Shown one piece after another: positions 26,161-40,200 of a stretch of DNA of 64,000 nt. This stretch comes from Dipteris shenzhenensis (lineage: Eukaryota). The number at the start of each line of letters is the position of its first letter. The stretch's first letter is position 1. The notes under the pieces were generated by a model. The model ran no database searches and had not been told where the DNA came from. It was given only the letters and a program-made list of their open reading frames with translations. The DNA is taken from assembly GCA_047967505.1 (NCBI GenBank), contig CM106538.1; one strand, given 5' to 3'. The position numbers and the translations under genes are program-made.

Positions 26161-29100
26161 AATTGTAGTGTATACCTACATTGATCTAAACATAGAACTA
26201 ACAAACGTAGATCTTATCCAAGAACTAACAAACATTGATACTTGGAACTAACTAAACATAGACCTAATGAGATACTATGGAGCAAATATCCAATGTAGAA
26301 ACTCTAGGAAAAACCATTGTACATGCCTCACATTAGTGTAAATCTTCACACAACTCCATATGAACACATAAAAGTAGAGGATTGCCCACCGCAAGAAGTC
26401 ATATGCATCTTTTTACACAATGTGTGTGACACCCTCATTCTCTTTGTTTTTGGGAGAAATTGAGGCCATTACATCGACTTTAGGACAAAACCTATGTATT
26501 CCACCCACATAGCTAAGAAGGTGACTCCGAAAGGGTGCGTTCTATGGGATCGAAGACAGAAGCATGCTCACAACAATTGAAGGCTGAGAGATTTCAGTTT
26601 TCATTAAGTTTGGTTCTTTTCCTAATGCCTACTATCATTGTAGGTAGTCAAGACATTTTGCTTTAAACTGCCATGTTAGAAACTTTGAAAATGCATGTAG
26701 GTCATGACAATGGTCGTCAATGGACTCATTCTAAACAATCCTTGTGTAGAAGCAGCATGCCTAGCAAACACTATGGCCCTAGAGTCATGATCAAGAGTTA
26801 CATCTTGAGGCCACCATTTATCAACCTTTTCATTACCTTGTTGATGATAACCATTAGATTGATTTGGACCTTGATTTGAACTTCCCTCAACTTCATTTTG
26901 AGCTGACTTCAGAGCCTCTTGCTGTGATTAGTTTTTCTCATTATGACTATTTAGTGAATCATCTACAAGACAATTCTTCCTCTTGCCTCCTTTTCAGCAT
27001 GCTGTGGACACTGTTTATCAAGTTCCAATTCCCATTTTCAAGAGGCCAAGGACGTTGTCGATCAAGTCTTATGTAGGCACCCCTTCCCTTTGTTTGCATA
27101 ACTTTAAGCTAACTCGAGCTCCTCCTGTTTTTGTCTCTGCACATCACTTCAAACCATTTTGGCATGAGTGACTTGGAAAACAATGTTGACAAAGTCAATG
27201 GGAATAGTTTCCTAGGGTAGTCAACTCATGACTCTCAAAATATAAGTGCTAGAGGCTTCAATTTGATAGAGGAGGAGGCCTCAAATTGAAAAAGCAATAG
27301 ATTTGATTTAGGCCAATTTTAAAACCCCTTTGAATTTGCAGGTATGCCAAGCATGAATTTACATTGATTTTTTGCAATCCACACATGATGCTATCTAATT
27401 TTGATGCAAAAAAAGGAAGAATAGAAATGCACCAAATTTAAAGACTTTAATCCATCAATTTTGGCTTCGAAATCTTGCAAATTTCTTCAATTTGGTGGTA
27501 GATTTCTATCTATAGAGAGATGCTTCGAAATGATGTTGGAGCAAATCAAAAAGAAAATGTCATAAGAGTAAGCTGCTTTCAGATAGTAATAATATTGGTT
27601 GATGTTTTTTTATATAGCAATCACATATTATGGGTGAGAAACGTGTTGGCTACTACAAATACTCTTCTTAGATGCATAGTGACACTCACTAAGATAGCCT
27701 TTAAGTTATTATTCTATCTCTGCTATGTATTTTTATGAGGGGACTCTACTTCTCTTCTATCAACTCACTGCTACAGCAACTATTAATACTATAGCAACAC
27801 ATTTTGCAGAAGAAAAACCTTGTAAAGGTCTCTAGCATCTCCATTGTTTGACATAACAGCACCCACACTGCTATTGCTTCACCTCCTAGTCTTTGACATG
27901 ATGTCACCCACATTGTTGTTGCTTCACTTCTAGTTGTCTACTCTAAGCAATGCACCATTAACTACCTATTTTCTACAACCACTCAAGATTGGTGAATCCA
28001 GGGAAGCGATTGATGGATGTTACCATTTTACCCCCCCCTTTAAAAACAAGGCCAATCTATCACTAGCTATTTGTGATTTGTTCCTTCCCAATGGAAATGA
28101 GAGGTAGAATAACAATTGAATATGCTATGTCCAAATTGAGTGGTGAGACACACCTCCGCTCCCACAATTTCAAAGCTGTAAAAATAGAGCAACCCAATAA
28201 GAAAGTCAGATTAGGACTTTCACTCACAGAATTTCAAGGCAGAAAGAGTAGCATTGACGTTCATATCCAAAAATTCCCATGTCTTTAAGAGCACCAATAT
28301 CGCCTTCAGCCTACGACAAATGCAAATCATTGGGCAAAATTTGTGGTATATATCATCGTTCAGCTCTCTACAAGTCGTCGAAATCAACTAACATAGAAGA
28401 AGTTCGAGTGCCTATATAGGGATTTTGAAAGTTTAAGTCTCTTTGATCGACCTGGATTTATGATTGACAAAGTTCTTCCCAAGATGCTAGCAATACTATT
28501 GAAAAGAATGCAAGATACGTTATTCAAAAAAGTGTGGTGCTATTATCAAATGAAAGCTTCCAAGGATGCCCACACAACAAGAGAAGCTTCCACCACATGC
28601 TAGCACTGCTATTGCAAAGAATGTTTTTTAAAAGAGGTGATGTTATTTTGTCAAATGCAAGTGGCTATGACATATCAAAGGTCATGTGGATGTGGATGAA
28701 GTTGCCAGTGGAGAAGACTTAGAAGAGTGCAAACACATTAATATTGATGGTGATTAGGATCACAACAACAGATTGTTACTTTGCTTTTCTTTATTACATG
28801 AATTCACCCAAAAGATATTTGCACTCGTTCGGCTTGTCAAGTATCACTACTAAAAGTCTAGTGTAGGTGAAAGAATACAATGAACAAAGAAAAGAGGACA
28901 TAAGGCAGCGTGCTATGGCAGATGCAAAGATTGAGTGGTGAGGGGAGAGGAAGAGAGGAGGGTTTGTTTTTGTCAAGCATTTCTATGTTGATATAGAGCA
29001 CACAAGCTCGAAATGTTTAATGTTCGCCTACAATTATGTATGAATTGAATGAGAATCAGAGTGAAAGAGATTTGTACATTCAATTTTGCCTAAAACTTTG

Positions 29101-29189
29101 ATCAAAAGGAGAGAGGTACACATGATTTAGCCCAAGCAAAAAGAGAGATGTTACCTTTGACTTTTTACTGCAATTATGAATTATGAATT

Positions 29190-29343
29190 AGAAAGGGAGA
29201 CAGAAAGAAAGAGAGAGAGCAGGGGATGGGGGGGCATAGCCAAGAGTGAGTGAGTGAGTGTGTGTGTGGGGGGGGGGGGGGGGGGGGGGGGACTCACCCC
29301 AAAAAAAAAAGTGGGGGGGTGTGGCGGGTGGGCGCACGCGCGC

Positions 29344-29385
<42 letters not shown>
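29190..29385. repeat. Compound microsatellite ((GA)n, (GT)n, poly-G, (GC)n)
   Basis: Directly visible. Confidence 0.95.
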
Positions 29386-29859
29386 GACACAATGTGCAAT
29401 CTAAAGTTCAACAAGCTAAGTCAGTAACCTCCGGAACATGAACAAGGATCTAAGCCTCAAGATTCAAAGGTTCAAATTTCAAAAACCTATGTGCTATGCA
29501 AGTACTATGAATGCATATTACTATGTACTAAATGCAAATTCATATGTGTTGAATGCGACATTCTGTAAACTCAAGGTCGGGCACATTCCTTGCTCGTATG
29601 AATTTGAGAGAGGCAACATACCCACTATCCCCACACACGAATGTCTGGTTATTTGTGTGTTACATGCAAAATGTGAACACAACAATTACTTTCATTTTCA
29701 ATATTGAATTTCAAGCTCATTTTCGCAAAGTGAGTGTAATCTAGTTTCCTTTGAAAGCTAGTTGGCTTCCCAAATCTAGTTGTTGTCAGGTTGGGTCTCT
29801 CCCTCATTCAATAAACTGAGGAGTAATCAAGCTCACTCCCAAGTTTCCTAAAAGATTAC

Positions 29860-31500
29860 CTCCAGTTGACTGACCTCCATTAATTATGTTGAATGGAGCA
29901 TATAAGATATTGGCAAAGGCTATGGCACTCCACATTAGGTATGTGTTGGCCCAAATTATCCATCTCAAGCAATATGGCTTCATTTTCGGGTGGAACATAC
30001 ATGATGTTGTCCTTAACTTATGTTGTCCATTGACTTTGCCATGGCCGAAAATCAGAAGGTTCATTTGGACTTAACCTTAATCTAGAGAAAGCATATGACC
30101 ATGTTAACTGGCATTTCATCATTGCAGCAATGCACAGGTCAGGATTTAGTGATTAATTTTGTTGCATGCTTCGGGTTATATTTACCAATGGATCAACATT
30201 AATTTTTATCAATCGATATTGTTATGGATCAGTTTTGCTCAAGTGTTCAGTACAACAAGGATGTCATGTTGCTCCTTCATTATTTGCCATTGTTACTGAG
30301 CCCTTACTGCGTTAGCTGGATTCTCACACTACCTAGGATTTGCTATTGCAAGGTTTGCCACTACCTAACGATTCCTTTTTTACCTCGAATTCTTTTCTAA
30401 TAACCATACTAATATTTTAGTGGCAGATCAAAGTAACCTAGGCAATCTTATGGATATCTACTCGCCAAAGGGTTTTGTGTTTCAATACAACAAATTGTCC
30501 GATGGGTGTCGGAGTTTCATTGAAACAGTGGTTGGATTGGGTGATTCCTAAGAGCCAAGCCTAATATAATAAGTGGACATGGCCGATCGACTCTTTTGAA
30601 AAACTTTTAGGAGCCTCTCTTCGTGTATGTTTCAATAATTCTACCATTCTCATAACTAGGGCTTTCACTATTGAAAGACTCTCAAGGGAATTTTTGTGGC
30701 AACAACAAGGGCATTCAATTACATGCGATTATGTGACTCCCCCTAAAGATGCGCGTGGTCCACGGATAGACACACTCAAAAACGAATGCAAGCGATTGTT
30801 CACCAAATGGATATTTTAGCTTCATTCATCTTAGCACTAGACGATTTTCTCTCATCACTTGATCTAGCAAATAAAAGTTCTGAGGATTTCAAATGGCAGC
30901 ACAAAGTGGCAGAAGTTAATCCTATCAAGATTTCCAATCAAAATCCCTTAATGTGAGATATTGTACAAATTGGTTGGTGTTTAGCAACATAGACTACAAG
31001 GTTCGACTTGCAAAGTACCTAGAGTTTAAATGGTTACGACTCATTCAAATTTAATATTTGGATCAATAGCTCTCCTTTTTGTAATAATGTATTGATTCAG
31101 ATAGTTCGAGAATTGCTCGTAATTTCAATAGTAGAGGTCTTTCTCAATGGCTTGATCCATGGAATGCAACTTCTGATGAATGGTTTAGCATTGATGCCCT
31201 TACGCAAATTCCATTTGTCCAAGCACAAGAGTCTTAGCCTACTAGTGAAACACTCATATGGGCTTGGGCCCTTTTGGGATGAGTGAACTCCAACCACAAA
31301 CCTCTCCATAGCCTCACTCAAAGACATTCACAATTCTCATTCGATTAAGATTCCATTCTTTAGCACGTGTGTCGGGAAGCGATGGGCACCGTATGATGAT
31401 TGCTTCGTGTGGGCAAAGAGAATTCACATGACCACCACTACTTGTCACCTTAACTTTCTACTGTGGTGTGTTAATCTGCAAACTTTCCACAAAAGATCGC
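29860..31500 (+). mobile_element. Decayed L1-type LINE ORF2 (reverse transcriptase and downstream region)
   Basis: AYKILAKAMA..QYGFI.GWNIHD, LEKAYDHVNW, QGCHVAPSLFAIVTEPL; many stops and frameshifts. Confidence 0.85.
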
Positions 31501-34500
31501 ATCACCAAGTGTAAGCCTAAGGCTTTTTTCACAACCTTCAAGGCTTTGAAAGCTGCATACATGGTCTAGCTACAATTTCAAAATTTCGTGTCCATTAATT
31601 TATTACAAACTTCATTGTAGTTGAACATGTGAAATTGTAAACATAAGGGTATTTTAAATGTGTACTTGCTTGCACATGTTTCAATTTCATAGTTTTTTAC
31701 AAGGCTACTCTCATAAAATTATTGCATCATCAATCACTATCTTAGATGGCATGCATGGAGAACTAGAGATAAGAGGCACAAGGGAGATGCCCTATCATTT
31801 TGTAAAAACTTATGATCCAAATACAAGGTGGAAGTTTCATCACATAAAAGATTTCATTTTGCCAACATTAACTCCAATGAAGATACAACCTCGCATAGGA
31901 AGAAAGTAAAAGCAAAACCTTAAAGTTTTGAACAAGGGGCAAATAATGGTATGATACTCTTTGAGCCCTAAGGCTAGATAAGCAAAGAACGCCACTAAGT
32001 CACCCACAAGAGACCAATAGTGGGATAAGGAATTTTGATACAAATTTTTTGTTCTTTTAAAATGCAAGATGGAAAGGTATACAAATAACATCTTTATAAC
32101 ACACCTAAGTGATGCAAGCATCTAAGATGTGGACTACACTTATATCCACCTATTAGGGCAAGACGTTAATCGCACATCCCAATCTCAAGACATAGTTAAC
32201 ATATTTGGATGGCATAGCCCTAAAGAATCCCTTGAAAGCATTAATGGCAAATTGGAATCCAAGGGAAGGGAACTGTGTGTAAGGAATAACATACATAGAG
32301 CTAGAACATGACCTTGTTCAAGACACATCTTCAAGCAATTTAACAAACAATACAATCATGTATAATGGCCAATTTCACTTAAAGCCTTATCATTGTCTTC
32401 ATTGCTAACAATGTGATTCTTCACTAGGATAAATTACCTTTTCTCCATCAACCTTATCCTCTCATCTACCCTATTTTTCAGTCAACATAAAATATGGGCT
32501 AAGCTTGAATCCAAAGGAGTTTCAACTTCCATCATAGTTCAAGGGCTTTGCCTACAAGGACATTTGGAATATACAAGTCAAAAAACCTCACATAGCTTTG
32601 ATCAATGAGAGAAACTAGTGGTTTTATTGAAGTGGCCCACAAGTGACTTTGGGAGTCAAGAAACAAACTCCAACATCTCCCACCAAGAAAAAAAAACGGT
32701 GACTATAATCAAGCACTATAGTTTTAATTTTTATAGATATTATTATTCTTAGATGTAGATTCTAAAGACCTGATTGTGTGTGCTTGCATGCGTGCAATTG
32801 TGTTTACCTATATGGGACTAGCCAAGACAAAGGGGGGATGATTCAAAGCAAATTTTTCAACTTCAATTCCGCCATGAACCTTCAATTTATCAACTTCAAA
32901 GTTAAAGTTGTTCAAAGAATATTTTTTAAGTCAATACCATGGTGAACCTTCAATTTGTCACAACGATTAATTATTGATCAATATAATCCACTACATTATA
33001 ATCAATGACATTCTCAATCATGATATAAAGATATATGAAAAAAGGAAGTACTCAACTTCACCCACTTAGTGGGTGCACATGTGAGTGTGGTAGTGAATGA
33101 ATATGGTTGGCTTAAAAGATAATTCAAAGAAAACAAATGTGGCCATTTCTGCACAATGAAATTCCATAAAAAAGACAAAGCATTTATGTGAAAACACACA
33201 TCACTCAAAAGAAAATTCGACTTCACAACACGACCAACAAGAACAAGTGAGATGGCGCCTATACAAAAGACCCAACAAGGACTTGGTGTCAATATTGCCA
33301 TAATCAAATGACAAAAGGCTCAAATTCGTTAGTATAATGATAGGAAACATACACCTCATGTTAACGCAAGGCATCAACTTCTCAAAGTCTACCTACTACA
33401 TTGAGCTATGAGGAAACTCCAAAGCTAAGTAGAGAAAGCATTTTCAGTAATTTATGTAGCTTTTACAAAATTCAACAAGCATCAACAAAAACCACTTCTC
33501 CCATTAGACACTACACTATCCACAAACAAATCTCCTAAAGAAGCCTGAGAAATATAGCTTCAGTTTAGAATGTCATCATCCATCTTCAATACGAGACTCT
33601 CAGGGGATAACAAATAGGGGAGTCTAGGACAACAAATAGGGCTTACAAAATTGCCTATATACAAAGTCCTTTACAAACCTTTATACCTTATCGTTGACTT
33701 TTGAAATTTACCAATGTCTTATTGTGTCACAATAACAACATTTCTTATTAAATACTTACATGGAGACCTCATGAGAAACCCTTCACATATGAGCCAAACT
33801 AACTACACTAGGAAAGCTCAAAAAATTATCCACAAACTCTTCCAAATACCAAGGGATTTAATACAACTTTCCTCGCTCAAAATAGTCAAGCTATTTTGTT
33901 AAATCCACCTATTTGGCTGTGGCCCAATTAATCTACGCTTGCGCATAGGTTAAAACTCTTCCATATGTGCATAGGTTTTTTGTGTGTTCTAAAACTGACC
34001 AGACACCTTACATTATAAAAAGAGCGCCCATGGAGCTTTTGGCTAGAAACCTCACAGATTGAAAATAAACCTCACAGATGGCAAATAAACCTCTTCTCAG
34101 ATAGCAGCAGAGAGAATCCTGTAGTCCCAATGACATCCTAAGATACAGGTCAGACTATTTTGAAGGCAGCTCTTTTCTGTAACATTCAGATAGTAACGGA
34201 GGATATACACTAACAATCAAATTTTGATTTCGCTGGTCCTGGAGCATTGAGGATTTTAAGCATAACAAGCACATCTACTCGCACAAATGTTCTTGAATCA
34301 ATGATCTGAATCAAAATAAAAATTGAAGTAGCATAGGAGAAATGAAGAGCTACTGAGCTTCAGAACATAAACCACGTAGATTGGTGGCACACAGAGTCAG
34401 AGATATACTCACACAGCCGGTATGACTGTGTGAGTTTAACTACCGCGAGCAGATAGATGAAGGCTACTAAACCTGAACAAATCAAAAGCAAAGCAACACT

Positions 34501-34727
34501 GTCAAAATGCCAGCCCTACCTTGCAGAAACGAAAGAACATTTGAGCTTCCACATATGACTGCAGGAAAGCTTTAAAGGAGAAACTTAGAGAGCACCATTC
34601 CTATGTAAACTTACAAAGGCTTTCCTGCTGGCAAGAAGAATCATAATGCTAGCTGTTGGGGCTAGCTCTCACTATCTGGTAAGATTATAAATAACCATTA
34701 CTACATTTGCAAGGTCTGCATCCAACT

Positions 34728-34904
34728 CTAGCTCACCTGCTGGGTATAGTTGCCATATCCAGGATAGTTGCTATAGGCATATGCGGTAGCCTCTTGTGAT
34801 GGAGCAGCATAACCATAGCCCTCATAGCCTTGACCATAGCCGTAATAACCCATGTTCCATTGATTTGGATCAGGCTGAGGCTGCCCCCAGCCAGAAGGCT
34901 GGAT
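34728..34904 (-). CDS. RBP45/47: RBP45/47 exon 6 (G/Y/Q-rich tail and stop)
   Basis: Acceptor tggcag|[35 protein letters not shown]...YGNYTQQVS*. Confidence 0.88.
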   Translation of the reverse strand: MQPSGWGQPQPDPNQWNMGYYGYGQGYEGYGYAAPSQEATAYAYSNYPGYGNYTQQVS

Positions 34905-35904
34905 CTGCCAAAACATAAAAACAAACGTGTCAATATGATCCAAGCGCTTCAAGCAGACTAAAGGGTTCAATTGATTACAACCAAAAATATATGTAAAAAT
35001 ATGATTTCTCATGTCCCACCTGCTTGTTGACAGGACTTCTGCCCCAAGAAAGACGAACAGATTGCTGGCCAATGACAGTCCCGTGAAGTTTTTGAATGGC
35101 CTCCTCAGCACAAGACCTGCACAATCAGTACATCAATCAAGAAAAGAAAGAGCATGGATATTTAAAGCCCTTTGTATACCAACGAAACCCCAACCAATTT
35201 CTCACATGCCATCGTCCTACTTTCAGGAGGGTCATGGTTTTGGGCTCTCGGCTGATACACTTCATGACCAGGTTTGCACCGGTCTCTATCTGATTGAGAT
35301 GTGGCAACATTGAGAGACCCTATTGAGACAGACCAGACAGCAAGAGGTGACTGTGCCACAGGCAATAGAGAAATCGAGCACACCGACATCGCAGTATTTG
35401 AGTCAGAACCAGGACATAATGGAGCAGAGGAGGAGGAGCTAGCTGTTACAAGGGCAGAGAGAATCAGTGGTAAGAGACCATGTGGAGCTGTGGAGCCAGA
35501 CATAGACGATGCACGATGCAGAGATTGACAAGAGCACGCATGATGTGGGTCCAGAGGACTGCCAAAACCGAGGTGTCACTCTCGATATGGCTCACCGAAT
35601 ACAGGGACCACATCCCTCGCTGCAACAAGAGACAACTTGACAAAGGGATACACAATATGTTCACATCCCACAAGAGAGCTGTCATGTACCAAGATCAGAG
35701 ATGACACATGATCACATCTCTTGTCACTTCAGGATTTCTGAATTTGTGTGTTTTGAATGACTTTGTGTGTTTTTGAGTTTCTTAGGATAGAACTCAAGAA
35801 GTCCTAACGATCCCTTTGCCTCAACACATTGTGGCTTATAAGAGTTACGTTTTATGATTGTGCATTGCCTCATAGGCCCAAGAGGCCTCCCAAAGACGTT
35901 AATA

Positions 35905-35956
<52 letters not shown>

Positions 35957-37159
35957 GCAATTTGCATTGATGAGGTGGAGGAATTGGTTACAAAGTATAC
36001 AGCCTAAGAGGGGTAAATGGGACGTCAAATTGGTGCAAAAGTCATTCTCTTACTATTGTATGACATTGTCCTAACACAGTAAAAACACAAGAAGACGCTC
36101 GTCTTGATACATGTACTGGATATCTTCTGCAAAAATAGTGGGCTGCAAGAAAACACAAACAAAACAAAGATTATGCTGGCGAAAAACTCTCAATCGTATC
36201 ACTTATCATGGGAGGGACCGCGAAGTTGTGGAATCCGTCAAGTATCTTGGAACATACGTCCCTTCTGACCATCAATGGCATAGATGTGTCAAAACAAGGA
36301 TTCAAGCTGGGTGGAAAAGCTACTATTGAAACTTTGCACCGAACTCAAACTCAGTTCCACTAGTCAAATCACAGCTCCCTGGTTGATTCACTCTTGGAAA
36401 AACACCATCACAAATATATACCTAGATGAGCCCAAGAACATGCCCAAACTAGTCCTCTAAAAACACAACATAGTGCAGTTTCAATTCATGAGAGTCACTC
36501 ATAAGATTGAAAACCATAAACTCCATCACGCATAGCAGGGACTAGCCACTATTCCCCACTGACATCATCAGTGCCCAACATTGGGTGTAGACCATAGTAT
36601 AAACATATGCTCTCACACACACAAATCCACACACCCACACATACTTGGGCATCCATTTATACAAATTCTTCATATTGAGTTTCTGTCGGCACTCCGGAGG
36701 TGAAGGGCAAACTCAGCCATGACAAAGGCTAGCACTGAAGGAGAAGGCTAATCAAAAGGTAGTCCAAAATCTCTTCATTCAAGCTACACCTGCTTGTGAA
36801 GACTAAACGGTTTCATTTTAGTCTCTCCCACACGAGCATCCAAATCTAGCTGATAGGGCAACGCACCACTTAAGATAGAAAGAATTATCACAAAACCTGC
36901 AGGCTGCAACATGGACGAAAACTTCACAAGGTGAAATTTGCATGTCCGCTAATACGGCAGAAGCATATACCTAGATGAGTCCACGAACATGCCCAAACTC
37001 GTCGCAAGTAACTGGAAATCAAAATCGCAACTCCAAGACTCAATTCGCAGAGTACGAGTCACATTGTAAAGATGCTTCGTTTGGTGGCTGGAATACTTGG
37101 ATAGAAAAGAGAAAACTCGATGATAGGCTGGAAAATAATTCGCTAAAGAGAAACAGAGT

Positions 37160-37209
<50 letters not shown>

Positions 37210-40200
37210 GTGTGTGCGCGCGCTTGTGTCCGACAAAGTCCATCATAAAGCTCACTATCAGTCTTCCTCTCCCACTCGCACCCTCACTCCCTACCCCCCC
37301 CCTCGGGATTGCCGCTCTCCCTCTTTCTCCCCTCCCCTCTATCACTCTCATTCCAAATTCTAAGCTCTCCCCCCTTGCATGTAATATCACAAATACTGGA
37401 ATTTCAATTGTCGTCACTACATAACTCCTCTGTTCTCCCCTACCAATGGATTTGGCTCTAGATAGCTAAGCTTGCTGGACACTGCCCTTCCAAAACCCCT
37501 ATAGTCTGGGATCCTTGGCTGCTACACAAAACACCATAAAGGTGACTTGAACCCTCCAAGAAGGCTCACAATTTAGCCAAAAGCATAGGTAAATGCATAT
37601 AGGTATGTGATTATGGACGTGTCTGCGCATGTGCATCCACAACTGGCACGCACAGGCACACCCACACACAAACTGTAAGAAATCCTAGATTTACTATATT
37701 TAGAAATGTGCTAAGGAACAAAAAGGAGATTGAAATAGCAGAGAACAAGGAATAATTGTATTGCTTGAGTGACTGTAGTATCTGTAGTGTGTCAACCATA
37801 CAATTGGGCCTCTCTTATATAGAGAGTAAAGAGTCACACATGAAAAGGTGCGTACTCCAAAGGTGTATGTGCATGAAGAGAAGTGTACCCCTTGTGAAGG
37901 GTGTGACCATTGATGAGAGAGTACATTACAATAGCAGTGTCTCTTCAATAGAGTGTCTCTTGTGGTGAAGGGTTGTGACTCATAGGAAGTGTCCCGTCAA
38001 AAGGGCATACCCTTCCACAAGTGTCCATTCATCAAACAATCCATAAGTCTAAGGTATAGAGAAAGAAATACGTCACAGATCGAGACATCCCCTCCCACTC
38101 AAAATAAGACCCTGGTGGAGATAATGAACTGATGTAGAAAATATCACGGTAAATTTTGAAAATACTGCTGTAAAATGTCAGGGTACTGCTGTAAGTCTTC
38201 ATCAGATTGCCAAGGAGCGTCAGAGTCGTCCAGATCTCGCCAAAGAACAAGGAATTCCGTGATAAGCCGATGTTCAATCTCTCGCTATCGATGGTCCAGA
38301 ATACGCTCAGAAATAAGGAGAACATAATCGTCTTCGATTTCTGAGACATAATCACCTGCAAGAGGAACTGCTTCATCGCCTGAAATGTACGTCTTTAGCC
38401 AATAAATATGAAATGTCGGATGAATTTTACCCCATGATGGTGGTACTTCCAATTCGTAACTTAAAGGTAAATTTTGCTCGACGATCCGGAAAGGTCCATA
38501 GTATCTTACTCGCAACTTAGGAAACACAGACTTAACCGTCTTATAGCGATGTGGGGCTACAAATAATAGCACCATGTCACCAGTGTCAAATTCTAGGTAA
38601 AGTCTATGTTTATTAGCAGACCATTGATACCGCTCTTGCACTTTTCGCATATGATCCCTGACTTCGAGTAGAATGTCTTGCATTTCTTGAACCAGTTGAT
38701 CAGCTAGGGCCACTCGATGTTGAAGTATAAAATTCATTGGTACTATCAGAGTATGTCCATAAGCTGCTTGAAATGGAGTCATGCTGATGGCACTATGGAA
38801 AGAGTTATTATAAGCAAACTCAAGGAGTGGTAGATGCTAGGCGTGACTGAATATAATGTCAAAGCATTTCTTCCAGAACTTGGTTGACTCTTTTAGTCTG
38901 GCCATTTGATTCTGGGTGGTAGGTTGAATTGAACATTAGAGTTGTTCCCAAAGATTCGAACAGTGAAATCCAAAAGTGACTGGTAAACTTAGGATCTCTG
39001 TCAGATATGATATTCTTGGGCAATCCATGGTGTCGGAGGATGTGTTGTATGAAGAGTTTGGAGATGTCCAGAGCCTGTGCACTGCTTTAGCAAGCAACAA
39101 AGTGTGCCATTTTGGACAATCGATCAACAATTACCATAATCTGAGTGTTACCTCTGGAGGATCGTGGTAGTGTTGTAATGAAATCCATGAAAATACTTCC
39201 CCACCTTTCAGTTAGAACTGGAAGAGGCTAAAGAAGTCTTGCTGGAAGTCGTCGGCTTGCTTTCATTTGTTGACAAGATAAGCAAGATGTAACCATTTGG
39301 ATGACGTCGCTTTTCATCTGAGGCCAGTAGTATGTTGCACTCAGCAACCTATAAGTCTTGTTGATGCCTAGATGGGCGGCATAAGAAACTAGATGATGCT
39401 CTTTTAACAAAAGACGTCGGGCATTCTTGTCATGTGGTACACATATGCGATCTTGATAATACAAAAGGTCGTCCGTATAAGAATAGAATAACAAATCTTC
39501 TATTCGGAAGTCGAAGGTTGATCTTTTGAAAGAATTTGTACTGCTGTGCCGAAGTCTTTATCATTGAAATACTTCCCTTTGAATGAATTCGAAACATCCA
39601 CAGATAATGTAGAGATTACCATAGCTGATGCTAGAGTTAACCTACTGAGAGCATCTGCAACTACATTGCGTAGTCTTAGAATGTACTCAATGGTCATGTG
39701 AAAGTTGACCAGAAACTCAACCCAACGTGCTTGTCGAGCGTTCATGACTGGCTGAGTAAAGATATACTTTAGAGAGTGATGGTCTATCTTGACCACAGAG
39801 TCGGCTCCCATGAGTTAATGTTTCCAAGAGCGATAAGCATGTACAATGGTAAGAAACTCCTTATCATAAACTGGGTATCGGGTTTGGATATCGGAATGTT
39901 TATGGCTGTCCAAAGCAATAACTCGGTCTTCTTGCATCAAGATTGCTCCTGTAGCGATGTCGGAAGTGTCGGTCGTGACCTCAAATGGAAGGTTTGGGTC
40001 AACAATAGCCATAACTGGTGTGGTAGTGAGTGCTTGCTTGAGTTGTTGGAAACTATACTCTGTTTCAGGAAGCCATTAAAAAACTGTTTTGCTTTTCAAT
40101 AATTCAGACATAGGAGCTGCGATTTCGAAAATCTGATAGACCTTTGTATGGTAGAAGTTTGCCAATCCGAGAAAAGAGCGGACATCATGAACATTCTTAG

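Noticed and set aside
31500-34000. Additional gene downstream of RBP45/47
   Set aside because: Only short ORFs without motifs; AT-rich intergenic/3' flank.
36540-36600. Minus-strand CTGATGA next to a hairpin in repeat copy A (second hammerhead candidate)
   Set aside because: No GAAA follows the putative stem II, and copies B and C lack the intact box.
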